Virus record (IMG/VR): IMGVR_UViG_3300045044_000110
DNA from: a virus
DNA: 64,000 bases
Direction: 5' to 3' (one strand)
Shown here: one piece after another, positions 26,948 through 34,986 of the stretch
Layout: each line of letters opens with the position of its first letter
Numbering within the stretch: position 1 is the stretch's first letter
Position numbers and translations under genes: made by a program
The notes under the pieces: model-generated
Seen by the model: only the letters and a program-made list of their open reading frames with translations
Database searches by the model: none
Told to the model about the DNA's origin: nothing

Positions 26948-26999
26948 AATCTTGGAGTAGAGCAGTCGTAGGGAAACTACAACAACAGACAACGGCGTG

Positions 27000-27031
27000 C
27001 CGGAGGCAGGCATCTCTCTCCCTGCCTCCGG
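27000..27031. other. Intergenic hairpin, perfect 11-bp stem
   Basis: CCGGAGGCAGG (27000-27010) / CCTGCCTCCGG (27021-27031); no U-tract. Confidence 0.55.
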
Positions 27032-27046
27032 TATCCGGCAGAGCCG

Positions 27047-27478
27047 ATGAACGAGTTTAATCAGGACCACGCCATTCTGGATGAGAACGGCGAGCCGCAA
27101 GTGATCCGGGTCTACGATGAGAACGGCAAACTGAACCAAGCTAGACTGATCCAGTGGGCCACCTGGTTTGAGCGCAGCCCGCAGCGTCGGATCGCCTATG
27201 ATGAACTCGAAGGCGACTACTCTGTATCGACCGTGTTCCTGGGCCTGAACCACAACTACAAACCAGGCGCACCGCCACTGTGGTTTGAAACCATCGCCTT
27301 CGCGCCGCCCCACCAAGAATACCTGAAAACCACCCACAAGTTCATCGGGGTGCGCGACCAACTGTGGGGCAAACGCACCAGCACCAAAGCCCAGGCTTTA
27401 GCGGCTCACGCCGAAGGCTTAGCGTGGCTAACGAATTATCTAGAAGAACAAGATGACAGAGAACCAAAAGCAAGATGA
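27047..27478 (+). CDS. Conserved phage hypothetical protein (143 aa)
   Basis: VSTVFLGLNH...PLWFETIAF signature. Confidence 0.7.
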   Translation: MNEFNQDHAILDENGEPQVIRVYDENGKLNQARLIQWATWFERSPQRRIAYDELEGDYSVSTVFLGLNHNYKPGAPPLWFETIAFAPPHQEYLKTTHKFIGVRDQLWGKRTSTKAQALAAHAEGLAWLTNYLEEQDDREPKAR

Positions 27479-27717
27479 ATGAGCCGCGATTTAATCCTTC
27501 TTTGGTCGGTCAATCTTTTGTTTCTGTCGCAGCTCGGCAAAGCTGGTCACCGTCAGCTGCTGTCGCCGGACCGATTCCATGGTGTCCTGCCACGCGCCCG
27601 CTTCGTCCGCATCCTCACAAAGCTTGTTCTCTTCCAGCTTGTTTAGCTGCTCTTCGGTAAGCCAGTAGCATTTCATAAAGAATTATTTAGAACAAACATG
27701 ACAGAGAACCAAAAGCA
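27433..27717. repeat. Direct repeats (27433-27472, 27680-27717) flanking an inverted small ORF
   Basis: Identical 20-bp core ATGACAGAGAACCAAAAGCA at 27453-27472 and 27698-27717, with GAATTAT(C/T)TAGAA shared upstream. Confidence 0.8.
27491..27676 (-). CDS. Hypothetical protein (61 aa) inserted against the local gene direction
   Basis: Sits exactly between the direct repeats; plausible composition. Confidence 0.55.
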   Translation of the reverse strand: MKCYWLTEEQLNKLEENKLCEDADEAGAWQDTMESVRRQQLTVTSFAELRQKQKIDRPKKD

Positions 27718-27877
27718 GGAAGCTCTAATGGATAATATGTTAGAGGCGGTGCGCACCATACGGCAGATCCTGGAATTGCAGGATCAGCGCATCGCCAACA
27801 TTGAAGACTATCTGCACTTAACCAAACTCAAGAATGAGCAGCCCAGCCGAGATCAAACTCTACCCGCTGAAAAGTAG
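27698..27877 (+). CDS. Hypothetical coiled-coil protein (59 aa; below ORF-track cutoff)
   Basis: Manual translation MTENQKQEALMDNMLEAVRTIRQILELQDQRIANIEDYL... Confidence 0.55.
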   Translation: MTENQKQEALMDNMLEAVRTIRQILELQDQRIANIEDYLHLTKLKNEQPSRDQTLPAEK

Positions 27878-28064
27878 CTATCTGGACCGGATCGGCTGGG
27901 ACGAACCGACTCAGACGCTGCATGTGATCTTCAAGGACGGCACCCACTGGAGTTATCGCAACGTGTCCCACGCCAAGTTCAGTGCGCTACTTAAAGCCGA
28001 CTCGCCCGGTAATCATTTCCACAACAACATCCGTGGCCACCATCACGCCACCAAAGTCTCATGA
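27834..28064 (+). CDS. KTSC domain protein
   Basis: SSYLDRIGWDEPTQTLHVIFKDG...YRNV...LLKADSPGNHFHNNIRG. Confidence 0.85.
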   Translation: MSSPAEIKLYPLKSSYLDRIGWDEPTQTLHVIFKDGTHWSYRNVSHAKFSALLKADSPGNHFHNNIRGHHHATKVS

Positions 28065-28291
28065 TCGCACCTGGCAAATATGACGATTACGCGGAACATA
28101 TCGCCCAAGAGCAAGATGCAGCGGGCGTCGTCCTGTTAGTGATAGAGGGCAACCGTGGCAATGGCCTGTCTTTGCGGCTCACCCAAGAGCTGGCGGCTCA
28201 CTTGCCCGAGATCATGGATCAGTTCATCAAGCTGGCTAAAGACAGCATTAAACGCGATGCCGCTGCAGCTCGGCTCGGTCCAAGCCAGTGA
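28061..28291 (+). CDS. Hypothetical protein (76 aa)
   Basis: ATGA-coupled; APGKYDD...GVVLLVIEGNRGNG. Confidence 0.65.
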   Translation: MIAPGKYDDYAEHIAQEQDAAGVVLLVIEGNRGNGLSLRLTQELAAHLPEIMDQFIKLAKDSIKRDAAAARLGPSQ

Positions 28292-28554
28292 GTATGATGG
28301 AAGAGATCGCAGCTATCGTCGCCGCTTATGGCAATAGAACCATGAATGAAATCCGTTACCTGATCTGGAGCGAAGAACATCAGGCGTGGTGGCGCGCCAA
28401 CGCCACGGGTTACACCCGCTCCATCTACCAGGCGGGGCGCTTCACCCAAGCCCAAGCCCACGATATTGTTAAAAGCGCTAACGCCTTCCTTGATCCGTCA
28501 ATGGATCCGCCCTTAAATGAGATTGCTATCCCTGACCCACTAAACACGCCATGA
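28288..28554 (+). CDS. Conserved phage hypothetical protein
   Basis: YLIWSEEHQAWWRAN..GYT..I..AGRF signature. Confidence 0.7.
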   Translation: MSMMEEIAAIVAAYGNRTMNEIRYLIWSEEHQAWWRANATGYTRSIYQAGRFTQAQAHDIVKSANAFLDPSMDPPLNEIAIPDPLNTP

Positions 28555-28853
28555 AACGCCGTGACTTCTTCACCACGATCCTGCTGGCTATCGGCAGCCT
28601 CTTTTGCCAGCGCCGCAGCCAGGCCTTCGTCGGCCCCGTCAAACCACCGCCGCTGCACACCAGCGGCTACCTGCAAGCCAATCCCAACCTAGGCTCGCCC
28701 GCTTTCGCTAACCGCTTCTTAGAACGCTACGAAGGCCGCGCTATCCCGAGCAACGTCGTCTTGGGACAGGTCGTAGGCCGCATCAACCAAACGCCCTACC
28801 ATCCGCAAGAACATCTGAAGACCAAAGTTCTCAGGAGCGTCACCAAAGAGTGA
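28551..28853 (+). CDS. Hypothetical protein with twin-arginine-like N-terminus
   Basis: MKRRDFFTTILLAIGSLF; ATGA-coupled. Confidence 0.6.
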   Translation: MKRRDFFTTILLAIGSLFCQRRSQAFVGPVKPPPLHTSGYLQANPNLGSPAFANRFLERYEGRAIPSNVVLGQVVGRINQTPYHPQEHLKTKVLRSVTKE

Positions 28854-29020
28854 TGAAATACTCTATCCAGGTCGTGGTCATGAATGACGAGGAATTCATC
28901 GTCAGTAACCAGATCCTCGAGATCGACGCCCCGGATGAAACTAGCGCCCAAGTCCAAGCTATCGACGAGGTCAGCCAGTTCTGGCCCGACAAAATCACCT
29001 TGGCCAAAACCTTACCATGA
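28853..29020 (+). CDS. Hypothetical protein (55 aa; below ORF-track cutoff)
   Basis: MKYSIQVVVMNDEEFIVSNQILEIDA...; start and stop overlap both neighbours. Confidence 0.55.
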   Translation: MKYSIQVVVMNDEEFIVSNQILEIDAPDETSAQVQAIDEVSQFWPDKITLAKTLP

Positions 29021-29301
29021 GACAACCATCCTACGGCGAAATCGCCTTCAACACCTACAAAGCTCTGCGCAACGACTCAGTCTCAGCTGTGTGGGATAAC
29101 CAATCCCAAGCTGCCCAGGATACCTGGGAAAATATCGCCGCAGTAGTGCTGGCCGAATACCACAAACGTCAGGCCGCCCTCGGCAGACAATCCCAGCAAC
29201 AAGAGCAAACTCAGCCCGGCGGCACCCAATCCCAAGGCCCACGCTTAGTCGAGGCCAGCGTCAACATCGAAGCCAGCGGCGGCGCTCAAACATCAAGCTG
29301 A
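29017..29301 (+). CDS. Hypothetical protein (94 aa)
   Basis: Coupled plus-strand run; YGEIAFNTY...W motif. Confidence 0.6.
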   Translation: MRQPSYGEIAFNTYKALRNDSVSAVWDNQSQAAQDTWENIAAVVLAEYHKRQAALGRQSQQQEQTQPGGTQSQGPRLVEASVNIEASGGAQTSS

Positions 29302-29657
29302 TGCAACCCGGCAAAGGCAAATCCTTCGAGGCTGGCGAACAGATCGCCAGCGCCCAAGTCCGAGAACAACTCATCCACACGTTCGGCAACCTAACACTTG
29401 GCCACATCGCCCTGCTCCGATACCTCAAAGCCGACTTCACCCAAGTGCGCAACTTCGCCGTCATCAATGCCTCTAGCATCCACGGCTCCAGCACCGAGAA
29501 CTTCAATTCCCCCTCTATCATCATGGACCTCTCAAGCGGCAAATGGCGCGGCTTCACCCTCGACTATCCCCAAGCCGTCGCTAAACTCCAAAATGATCCG
29601 CATCGCGACTTCCAGCTCCTCGATTGCCTCGAGCAAACCAACTCCTCCGCTATATGA
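29301..29657 (+). CDS. Hypothetical protein (118 aa)
   Basis: Coupled plus-strand run. Confidence 0.6.
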   Translation: MQPGKGKSFEAGEQIASAQVREQLIHTFGNLTLGHIALLRYLKADFTQVRNFAVINASSIHGSSTENFNSPSIIMDLSSGKWRGFTLDYPQAVAKLQNDPHRDFQLLDCLEQTNSSAI

Positions 29658-29962
29658 GCCACCCAGCCGAGCCCCCAGTGACCGTCTTCGACATGACTGA
29701 CCCAGAGGACAGACGCAAAAGCTTCGAGGCCGAGTGCAAAGAGTATCGCCGCCAGATCCTGATCCTAGGCGATCTGGTCAAAGACCTGCGCTCTCACTCA
29801 GCTCTCATGCTCGAACCTAACTGGGAAGCACCAGACCTAGAGCGCAATAACGAAATGCGCGACAACTTGATACTCGCCTACCGCCACCTCGAAGACGCCC
29901 GCATGCGCCTCGGCAAAGCCATCCAGGCCAGCGACGGCGGAGCCAGCCTCTACAAAGACTGA
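29654..29962 (+). CDS. Hypothetical protein
   Basis: ATGA-coupled; NLILAYRHLEDARMRLGKAIQA. Confidence 0.65.
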   Translation: MSHPAEPPVTVFDMTDPEDRRKSFEAECKEYRRQILILGDLVKDLRSHSALMLEPNWEAPDLERNNEMRDNLILAYRHLEDARMRLGKAIQASDGGASLYKD

Positions 29963-30086
29963 TGACTTTCACCAGAATCCTTTTACCACTCACCGACATC
30001 GGGTTGGCTGCCCTCAGCCAGAGCTACGACATCATCCCCCTCGACGACGAACTCATCGCTATCCCAATCGGTCAAAAGGACCAACC

Positions 30087-30260
30087 ATGATCGCCAAGTG
30101 CAAACACTGCGGTAGATCGTTCAGAGTTAAGCTCGCCGATCTCAAACGTGGACGAGGCCAGTTCTGCACTCGCCAATGCTATGACCATGCGCGTGCCGCC
30201 TTCATGCGTTCTTACCGGTGCGAGCCGGTCACGCCAATCTCTCAAGGCTCCCCAGCCTGA
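30087..30260 (+). CDS. Small zinc-finger protein (57 aa; below ORF-track cutoff)
   Basis: MIAKCKHCGRSFRV...RGRGQFCTRQC (CxxC...FCxxxC). Confidence 0.65.
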   Translation: MIAKCKHCGRSFRVKLADLKRGRGQFCTRQCYDHARAAFMRSYRCEPVTPISQGSPA

Positions 30261-30502
30261 TCGCTTGTCCGGGCCCGGCTTGCGCGCAACGCGGCGAGGC
30301 GCGCCTGCGCTCTGCGGACGTCGAGCATCCAGTAGGGCTCGCCTCGGTCGCGGGCGCGGCAGACAGCGAGCAGGCCATCGAAGAGCGCCTGGGCGGCTTT
30401 CAGGTGCTGAAGGGTGAGCAACCAGTGGTCTAATTCGGCGCTGATTTGCCGTTCTTGTACAAGTAGTTCAGCCTCAGGGACTTGCTTCATAACATCATAC
30501 AA
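30242..30502 (-). CDS. Hypothetical protein (86 aa)
   Basis: Helical, plausible composition; converges with the zinc-finger gene. Confidence 0.55.
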   Translation of the reverse strand: MYDVMKQVPEAELLVQERQISAELDHWLLTLQHLKAAQALFDGLLAVCRARDRGEPYWMLDVRRAQARLAALRASRARTSDQAGEP

Positions 30503-30524
30503 TAAGCGTCATATAAAATAGGCT

Positions 30525-30690
30525 GTGCCAAGCTGGCGCGGAGGGCCAGGCGTTACGCGGGCTCGAGGCGGCCTCGAGGAGGGTCACCCTCCTCGCATTA
30601 CGCGAGCATTGCTGGGGGGCATAGCCCCGCAGCGTGAAGCGCCAGAGGCATTGCCCACCCTCGGAAGTGCTGCCCCCAAGATTTATAAAA
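30525..30690. other. Non-coding cluster of overlapping inverted repeats at a G/C-skew inflection
   Basis: CGAGGAGGGT-C-ACCCTCCTCG (30575-30595), CTCGAGG-CGG-CCTCGAG (30562-30578), CTCGC-ATTAC-GCGAG (30592-30606), GCTGGGGGG...CCCCGCAGC (30611-30633). Confidence 0.6.
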
Positions 30691-30697
30691 ACGGTGG

Positions 30698-30889
30698 TCA
30701 CTTAGTGGCGACCGACTGCTCCGTAGGGATACGAGGCATAAGGACCCAAGTAGGAGCATCTGGGCCCTCGAGAGAGAAGGACCAGATAGAGCCATCGTCG
30801 GCGAGGGCGAAGAGAGCACCGGCGAGGTTAAGGGTACCGGAGATGGCGGAGATTTGGATGACTTTGCGCATAGGGAAAAGGGTGGTCAA
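30698..30889 (-). CDS. Conserved small phage protein
   Basis: VIQIS...LFALADDGSIW...W..MPRIP signature. Confidence 0.65.
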   Translation of the reverse strand: MTTLFPMRKVIQISAISGTLNLAGALFALADDGSIWSFSLEGPDAPTWVLMPRIPTEQSVATK

Positions 30890-30945
30890 CTAAAGGGTGG
30901 TAGTTCTTGTGTTGTGCTAAGGAAGCTGGTTTACTTATGCTAGGT

Positions 30946-31137
30946 ATGTCAACGAAAAAGAAGATGGGGAGGCCGAGGGTATTGAGTGATGAGGAGAGGG
31001 CGAAGAAGCATGCGGAGTATCAGGCTCGGTGGCGGAAGAGGAATCCGTGGAGGTGGGAGAAGATATACAAGAGGGCGTATGCTAAGAAAAGAGCTAAGAA
31101 GGGTAAGGGAGGGGTAGAGGTGGAGCTGGTGATATGA
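30946..31137 (+). CDS. Small highly basic protein, GRP...WRxxNPxxW family, paralog 1
   Basis: MGRPRVLSDEERAKKHAEYQARWRKRNPWRWEKI...VELVI. Confidence 0.65.
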   Translation: MSTKKKMGRPRVLSDEERAKKHAEYQARWRKRNPWRWEKIYKRAYAKKRAKKGKGGVEVELVI

Positions 31138-31189
31138 CAGCAAAGGACTTGTAATGCGCAACGTATTATAGGATAGTAATCTCTAACAG

Positions 31190-32014
31190 ATGAGTACTGA
31201 AGCTGAGATAGAACCCAACGAGCCGGAGCCGGATAGGGGCACGCGGCGGCTGATCAACGATATAGCGGATTTGCGGGATTTAGAGGCGGGGATATCGCAG
31301 TGTCGGACGGTGGAAGAGGTAGAGGAAATCCGTCGGCACACGATGGGGATACAGACTTACTATCGGGAGCACCCGGATGGGGGGCAGAGTCTAGTGTTAT
31401 GGGCGAAGCGGGTAGCGTGCTTGTGCCAGCTGCAGATCACCAAGATTCAGGTAGTGACGGGCAAGATCACGGGGAAGTTGCCTTTGAGTGCAGTGAACGG
31501 GGAGAAAACCCACGGTGGGATTTCTCTGGAACGAGGACGGCTCTTAAATAGTTTGCCACCGGAAGAGCTTACTCGGCGTTTGGATAAGCAAGAGGCCCAA
31601 GGTAAGATTGAGCCCTCGAAGCTGGCTGAAGAGGTACGGGCGGAGCGCAAGGCGGCTCAAGCGCCGAAGTTAACGCCCCCCAAGACACCGGCGGCGGAGT
31701 TAGCGCGCAAGCGAGAGCGCTATGCCGAAAAGAAGGCTGAACAAGCCGCAGTGCTTGCGCAACGCAAAAGCTCTACTCCATTTTTCGAGCGCTATCGCCG
31801 GTACTGGACGCAGGAGAAAGAGCTGTTGGTAGTAAAGTTTAATTTTCGGGCCGAAGACCTAGCGAAATTGGTCGTCAATTGGAATCGGGATGTCGAAAAG
31901 CTTCGCATGGAAGCGGAGGCCGCTGAAGCAGAATGCCAAGAGGCGACTGCGCGGCTTAAAAGTAGAACCAAAAAAGAGGCTAGCGCCGGATTGGAGCCAG
32001 CGCCAGCCGCCTAG
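31190..32014 (+). CDS. Hypothetical protein (274 aa)
   Basis: Helical. Weak resemblance (by eye) to the N-terminal 'VEEVEEIR' segment of phage DNA-binding/methylase-associated proteins. ATGCGCAACGT site at 31154 upstream. Confidence 0.65.
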   Translation: MSTEAEIEPNEPEPDRGTRRLINDIADLRDLEAGISQCRTVEEVEEIRRHTMGIQTYYREHPDGGQSLVLWAKRVACLCQLQITKIQVVTGKITGKLPLSAVNGEKTHGGISLERGRLLNSLPPEELTRRLDKQEAQGKIEPSKLAEEVRAERKAAQAPKLTPPKTPAAELARKRERYAEKKAEQAAVLAQRKSSTPFFERYRRYWTQEKELLVVKFNFRAEDLAKLVVNWNRDVEKLRMEAEAAEAECQEATARLKSRTKKEASAGLEPAPAA

Positions 32015-32017
32015 TTT

Positions 32018-32830
32018 ATGCCTAAAGAACCGACCCAACCCTCGGCAGGGATCGAGCAAATTGGGCCCGAAGAGGCCAGACATCTGCTGGCCAATAACAA
32101 GTACAATCGCAAGATCAGTCCCCGCAGGGTGACTCGTTACGCGATGATGATGACGCGGTCAAAGTTTATCTTTACCGGTGAATCGATCATTCTCAACGAC
32201 GAAGAGATCCTGGACGGCGGCCATCGTTTACGAGCCGTCATTCAGGCGGAGGTGACACTGCCTTTTGTGATTGTGAGGGGAGTAGAAGTAGAAGCCTTCA
32301 AGTACATCGATTCTGGAGCGGGCCGCAATTTAGCGGACAGCTTCTTTATCCTGGGCTTGCCCAACCACAAGCTCTATGCCACAGCCATTAATTACCTGGC
32401 TGGGTTCAGTTTGTTTAACCGCTGGACCATCCAAGGCATAGAGATCCCGGACCGGTGGCGCATCTATCAAGAGTATCCGGAGCTAGAAGACATCGTTCCT
32501 CGATACCGGCAGCACCTGGAGATCCAGGGAGTCAGTAAGGGGCTTCTAGCGGCGGCTCATATGCTCTTTCATCGTAAGGATGAAGAGCAGGCCACCGAGT
32601 TCATGGACCTCTGTACCAGTGGCGAAGCCGTCAGTGCTGGCCACCCGGCGGCGGCTTTCCGCGCCTGGGTAGAGGCCCAGTGGAGTAGGATCCAGATTCA
32701 GCACAAGCACGCGACGCCTGACTTCAACGCCAAGTCGGGCAATCTGTTACTGAAAGCCTGGAATCTTTACCGGCAGGGAGAGAGTGTTGATCGGCTCAGG
32801 CCGCCGACCACCGCTCCTGAAATCCTGTAG
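32018..32830 (+). CDS. ParB/Srx-like N-terminal domain protein
   Basis: IGPEEARHLLANN..NRKIS...YAMMM...F.FTGESI...LDGGHRLRAVI...VRGV...IDSGAGR. Confidence 0.8.
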   Translation: MPKEPTQPSAGIEQIGPEEARHLLANNKYNRKISPRRVTRYAMMMTRSKFIFTGESIILNDEEILDGGHRLRAVIQAEVTLPFVIVRGVEVEAFKYIDSGAGRNLADSFFILGLPNHKLYATAINYLAGFSLFNRWTIQGIEIPDRWRIYQEYPELEDIVPRYRQHLEIQGVSKGLLAAAHMLFHRKDEEQATEFMDLCTSGEAVSAGHPAAAFRAWVEAQWSRIQIQHKHATPDFNAKSGNLLLKAWNLYRQGESVDRLRPPTTAPEIL

Positions 32831-32915
32831 CTTTAAGCCTAGGGCGGCCCTGGAGGAGGATTATCCCCTTGGCCGCCCGAATTATATGCACTGGCTAGCG
32901 AGGTAGATGAGGGCT

Positions 32916-33068
32916 TCATAGGATGGCTTTCCAGGTAAAGAAGATCAGGGCGTTAGTGACAGCCATGACCAGGTCGCGGTAGAGGGCGGCCAGCGGGTAG
33001 CCGAAGAGGAGGTCGCCGATAGCGAGTGTGAGGCTAAAGATGCTTAAGGCGGCGGTCGCACAGAGCAT
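32916..33068 (-). CDS. Small membrane protein (50 aa; below ORF-track cutoff)
   Basis: MLCATAALSIFSLTLAIGDLLFGYPLAALYRDLVMAVTNALIFFTWKAIL: two hydrophobic stretches. Confidence 0.4.
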   Translation of the reverse strand: MLCATAALSIFSLTLAIGDLLFGYPLAALYRDLVMAVTNALIFFTWKAIL

Positions 33069-33076
33069 GAACTTTC

Positions 33077-33364
33077 TCATGGGTGCCAGGGAGGGAAAGC
33101 CGAGAAGATGGGGTGGTCATGGTCGCCGTGGAGCTGGGCGACGACCCAGTGTTCGCCGTTCTTTAGCATAGCCATGAGGTTGTGGTAGGAGGGGTAATCC
33201 CGGTAGGGGTGGGAGATCTCGAAGTGGTCGAAGATGGGGTCAGTGGCCCAGCGCGTGATGAAGGGGATGGCGCAGAGTTCCTGGACAGTGTCGACATCGC
33301 CTTCCCAGTCTTCGAAGCCTTCGAAGAAAGCGGGCCGGTATTGGCGGACGTGGACCTTGCTCAT
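33077..33364 (-). CDS. Hypothetical protein
   Basis: ATGA-coupled minus-strand run. Confidence 0.6.
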   Translation of the reverse strand: MSKVHVRQYRPAFFEGFEDWEGDVDTVQELCAIPFITRWATDPIFDHFEISHPYRDYPSYHNLMAMLKNGEHWVVAQLHGDHDHPIFSAFPPWHP

Positions 33365-33702
33365 GGCCGCCACCAACGGTAGGTCATGGTTACCCGCGCA
33401 TTAGATTTGGGCCCTTCCATGTGTTTCCACCCGCAGCTGGGGACGACCCAGCCCAGCTCGAGCAGGCAGCGCCAGTGAGCGCCCCAGGCGTTGTGGTGAT
33501 GGGGGTTACCGATAACCGGCGTTATGAAGAGGCGAAAGTCTTCTGCGCTGAAAGGTTCACGCAAGGCTGGTTGTTCGAGGGCTTTGGCGTAATAGCGTCT
33601 AGACCAGCCTTCCGGGGTATTCTTGATGACTCGCTTTAAAGCCGCGTCGCGGCGTTGCTCGGCGAAGGAGCCGAAATCCATTTGTCCCTCATCAGTGCTC
33701 AT
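33361..33702 (-). CDS. Hypothetical protein (113 aa), possible winged helix
   Basis: PHHHNAWGAHWRCLLELGWV...SNAR...YRW. Confidence 0.65.
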   Translation of the reverse strand: MSTDEGQMDFGSFAEQRRDAALKRVIKNTPEGWSRRYYAKALEQPALREPFSAEDFRLFITPVIGNPHHHNAWGAHWRCLLELGWVVPSCGWKHMEGPKSNARVTMTYRWWRP

Positions 33703-34073
33703 ACTTGCTGGGCGATGCGGATAGCATCGAAGTGGATGTCTTTGGCGATGAGCCAGCTTTCGGGCGGCGGGACGATAGTGGCACCGTCCCAGCCGGTAAA
33801 GCCGAAGAGCTGGGCAATGGTGTAGAGGGCGAATTCATTCGGGTAGCTGCCCTTGGTGTTAACCGAGACTGAAAGATCCCGGTAAAGGGCGTCTGGCATC
33901 CGGGTGTAACTGAAGACGATCCGGTAGCCGAAGCGGGTTTTATAGACGTGGCGAGCATCGTCGCCTGGGACGAGGGTTTCTCCTGGGATATAGACATGCT
34001 CCTTGGCGTAGGCCACGATCTGGGCGATGCGCTCCTTTACCTTATCGTCGATGATTAGGGGCCGGACTTTCAT
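33699..34073 (-). CDS. Hypothetical protein (124 aa)
   Basis: ATGA-coupled; YRDLSVSV...P motif. Confidence 0.65.
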   Translation of the reverse strand: MKVRPLIIDDKVKERIAQIVAYAKEHVYIPGETLVPGDDARHVYKTRFGYRIVFSYTRMPDALYRDLSVSVNTKGSYPNEFALYTIAQLFGFTGWDGATIVPPPESWLIAKDIHFDAIRIAQQV

Positions 34074-34363
34074 GCTTTGTCTGTTCCATCGGGGTAGTCT
34101 TTACTGAAGCGTTGTAAGCAGCCATCGAAGCAGTCGTAGAAGAATTCCAGGCTCCTGGGATCTTCTGTGCCGACGATGATCACGGCGACGTGGACAGCCA
34201 AAGCGTTCAAGGCCTGCAAGATTTTATCCCGGCTGGGCTCTCCTTCGTGCAAATGGTCGCGCAGCACTTCGCCCAGCTCTAGATACAGCTCTTTAAACCG
34301 TTCCTGGTACTCGGCGTCAGCGTTGCCGGTGATGTCGTCGAATTTGAAATCGATCATATCCAA
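34070..34363 (-). CDS. Hypothetical protein (97 aa)
   Basis: Shine-Dalgarno AAGGAGG upstream. Confidence 0.65.
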   Translation of the reverse strand: MDMIDFKFDDITGNADAEYQERFKELYLELGEVLRDHLHEGEPSRDKILQALNALAVHVAVIIVGTEDPRSLEFFYDCFDGCLQRFSKDYPDGTDKA

Positions 34364-34581
34364 ACCTCCTTAATTTTAGGGTCATCTTCGGGGTAGCGCC
34401 CGATGGGGATACAGTAGTCAGGTAAGGCGGCTCTGACCTCTTCCAGGACGGCGGTGACCACCAAGGGCTTGGGATCGGGAACGAGTCCCACCCAGCGGCG
34501 CAAGACGTACATGCCGGGGTGATCGAGAGGGTCTTCGTAGATGACATAAATATTCAGGGCTTTAGTGTTGGTTTCTTTCAT
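34354..34581 (-). CDS. Conserved small phage protein
   Basis: YVIYEDPLDHPGMYVLRRW...R..LP...R.PEDDPKIKEVWI signature. Confidence 0.7.
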   Translation of the reverse strand: MKETNTKALNIYVIYEDPLDHPGMYVLRRWVGLVPDPKPLVVTAVLEEVRAALPDYCIPIGRYPEDDPKIKEVWI

Positions 34582-34682
34582 CTTGACTATTTTTACTATA
34601 TGGGCAAAGCTTTTAATCGATCTGCTAAAGCCGAAAGGCAATGGAGACAAAGTGTTAGGTTAAGTGAAAGTTTCATTCATCA

Positions 34683-34729
34683 GGCCGGGAGGCGAGTTGG
34701 CTCTTGCTTCCCGGCCCTTTTAGTTTTTT
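34683..34729 (+). terminator. Rho-independent terminator-like hairpin + T tract
   Basis: GGCCGGGAGGCGAG...CTTGCTTCCCGGCC followed by CTTTTAGTTTTTT. Confidence 0.55.
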
Positions 34730-34985
34730 AAGGCCAGATGGTTTGGCCGGTGCGGATGTTCCGGACCCAGACTTTGGAGCCGGATTGGGCAACTTGGCGG
34801 GCGATCTTGATCGCTTCCTCCTTGGTTGAGGTCTCACTAGTTCCCTCGGGGCCGAAGACCCGGTACTTGAAATCTCGTGACCGGGCTGAAACCCGTGGGC
34901 CGATGACTTTGACGCACCAGTCGCAGAAGATCTGCTCTGGCGGAGAGAGCACCAGCTCGGTGCCGCAGTTTGTGCAGTTTGGCAT
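34728..34985 (-). CDS. Small zinc-finger protein
   Basis: MPNCTNCG...FCDWC. Confidence 0.6.
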   Translation of the reverse strand: MPNCTNCGTELVLSPPEQIFCDWCVKVIGPRVSARSRDFKYRVFGPEGTSETSTKEEAIKIARQVAQSGSKVWVRNIRTGQTIWP

Positions 34986-34986
34986 A

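Noticed and set aside
30575-30595. Protelomerase (telRL-type) hairpin-telomere site
   Set aside because: The palindrome is only 21 bp and no protelomerase gene is seen in the window; kept only as a candidate origin or terminus.
32842-32878. Bidirectional terminator between converging genes (GGGCGGCC...GGCCGCCC)
   Set aside because: An 8-bp stem with a long loop and no U-tract on either strand; insufficient support.
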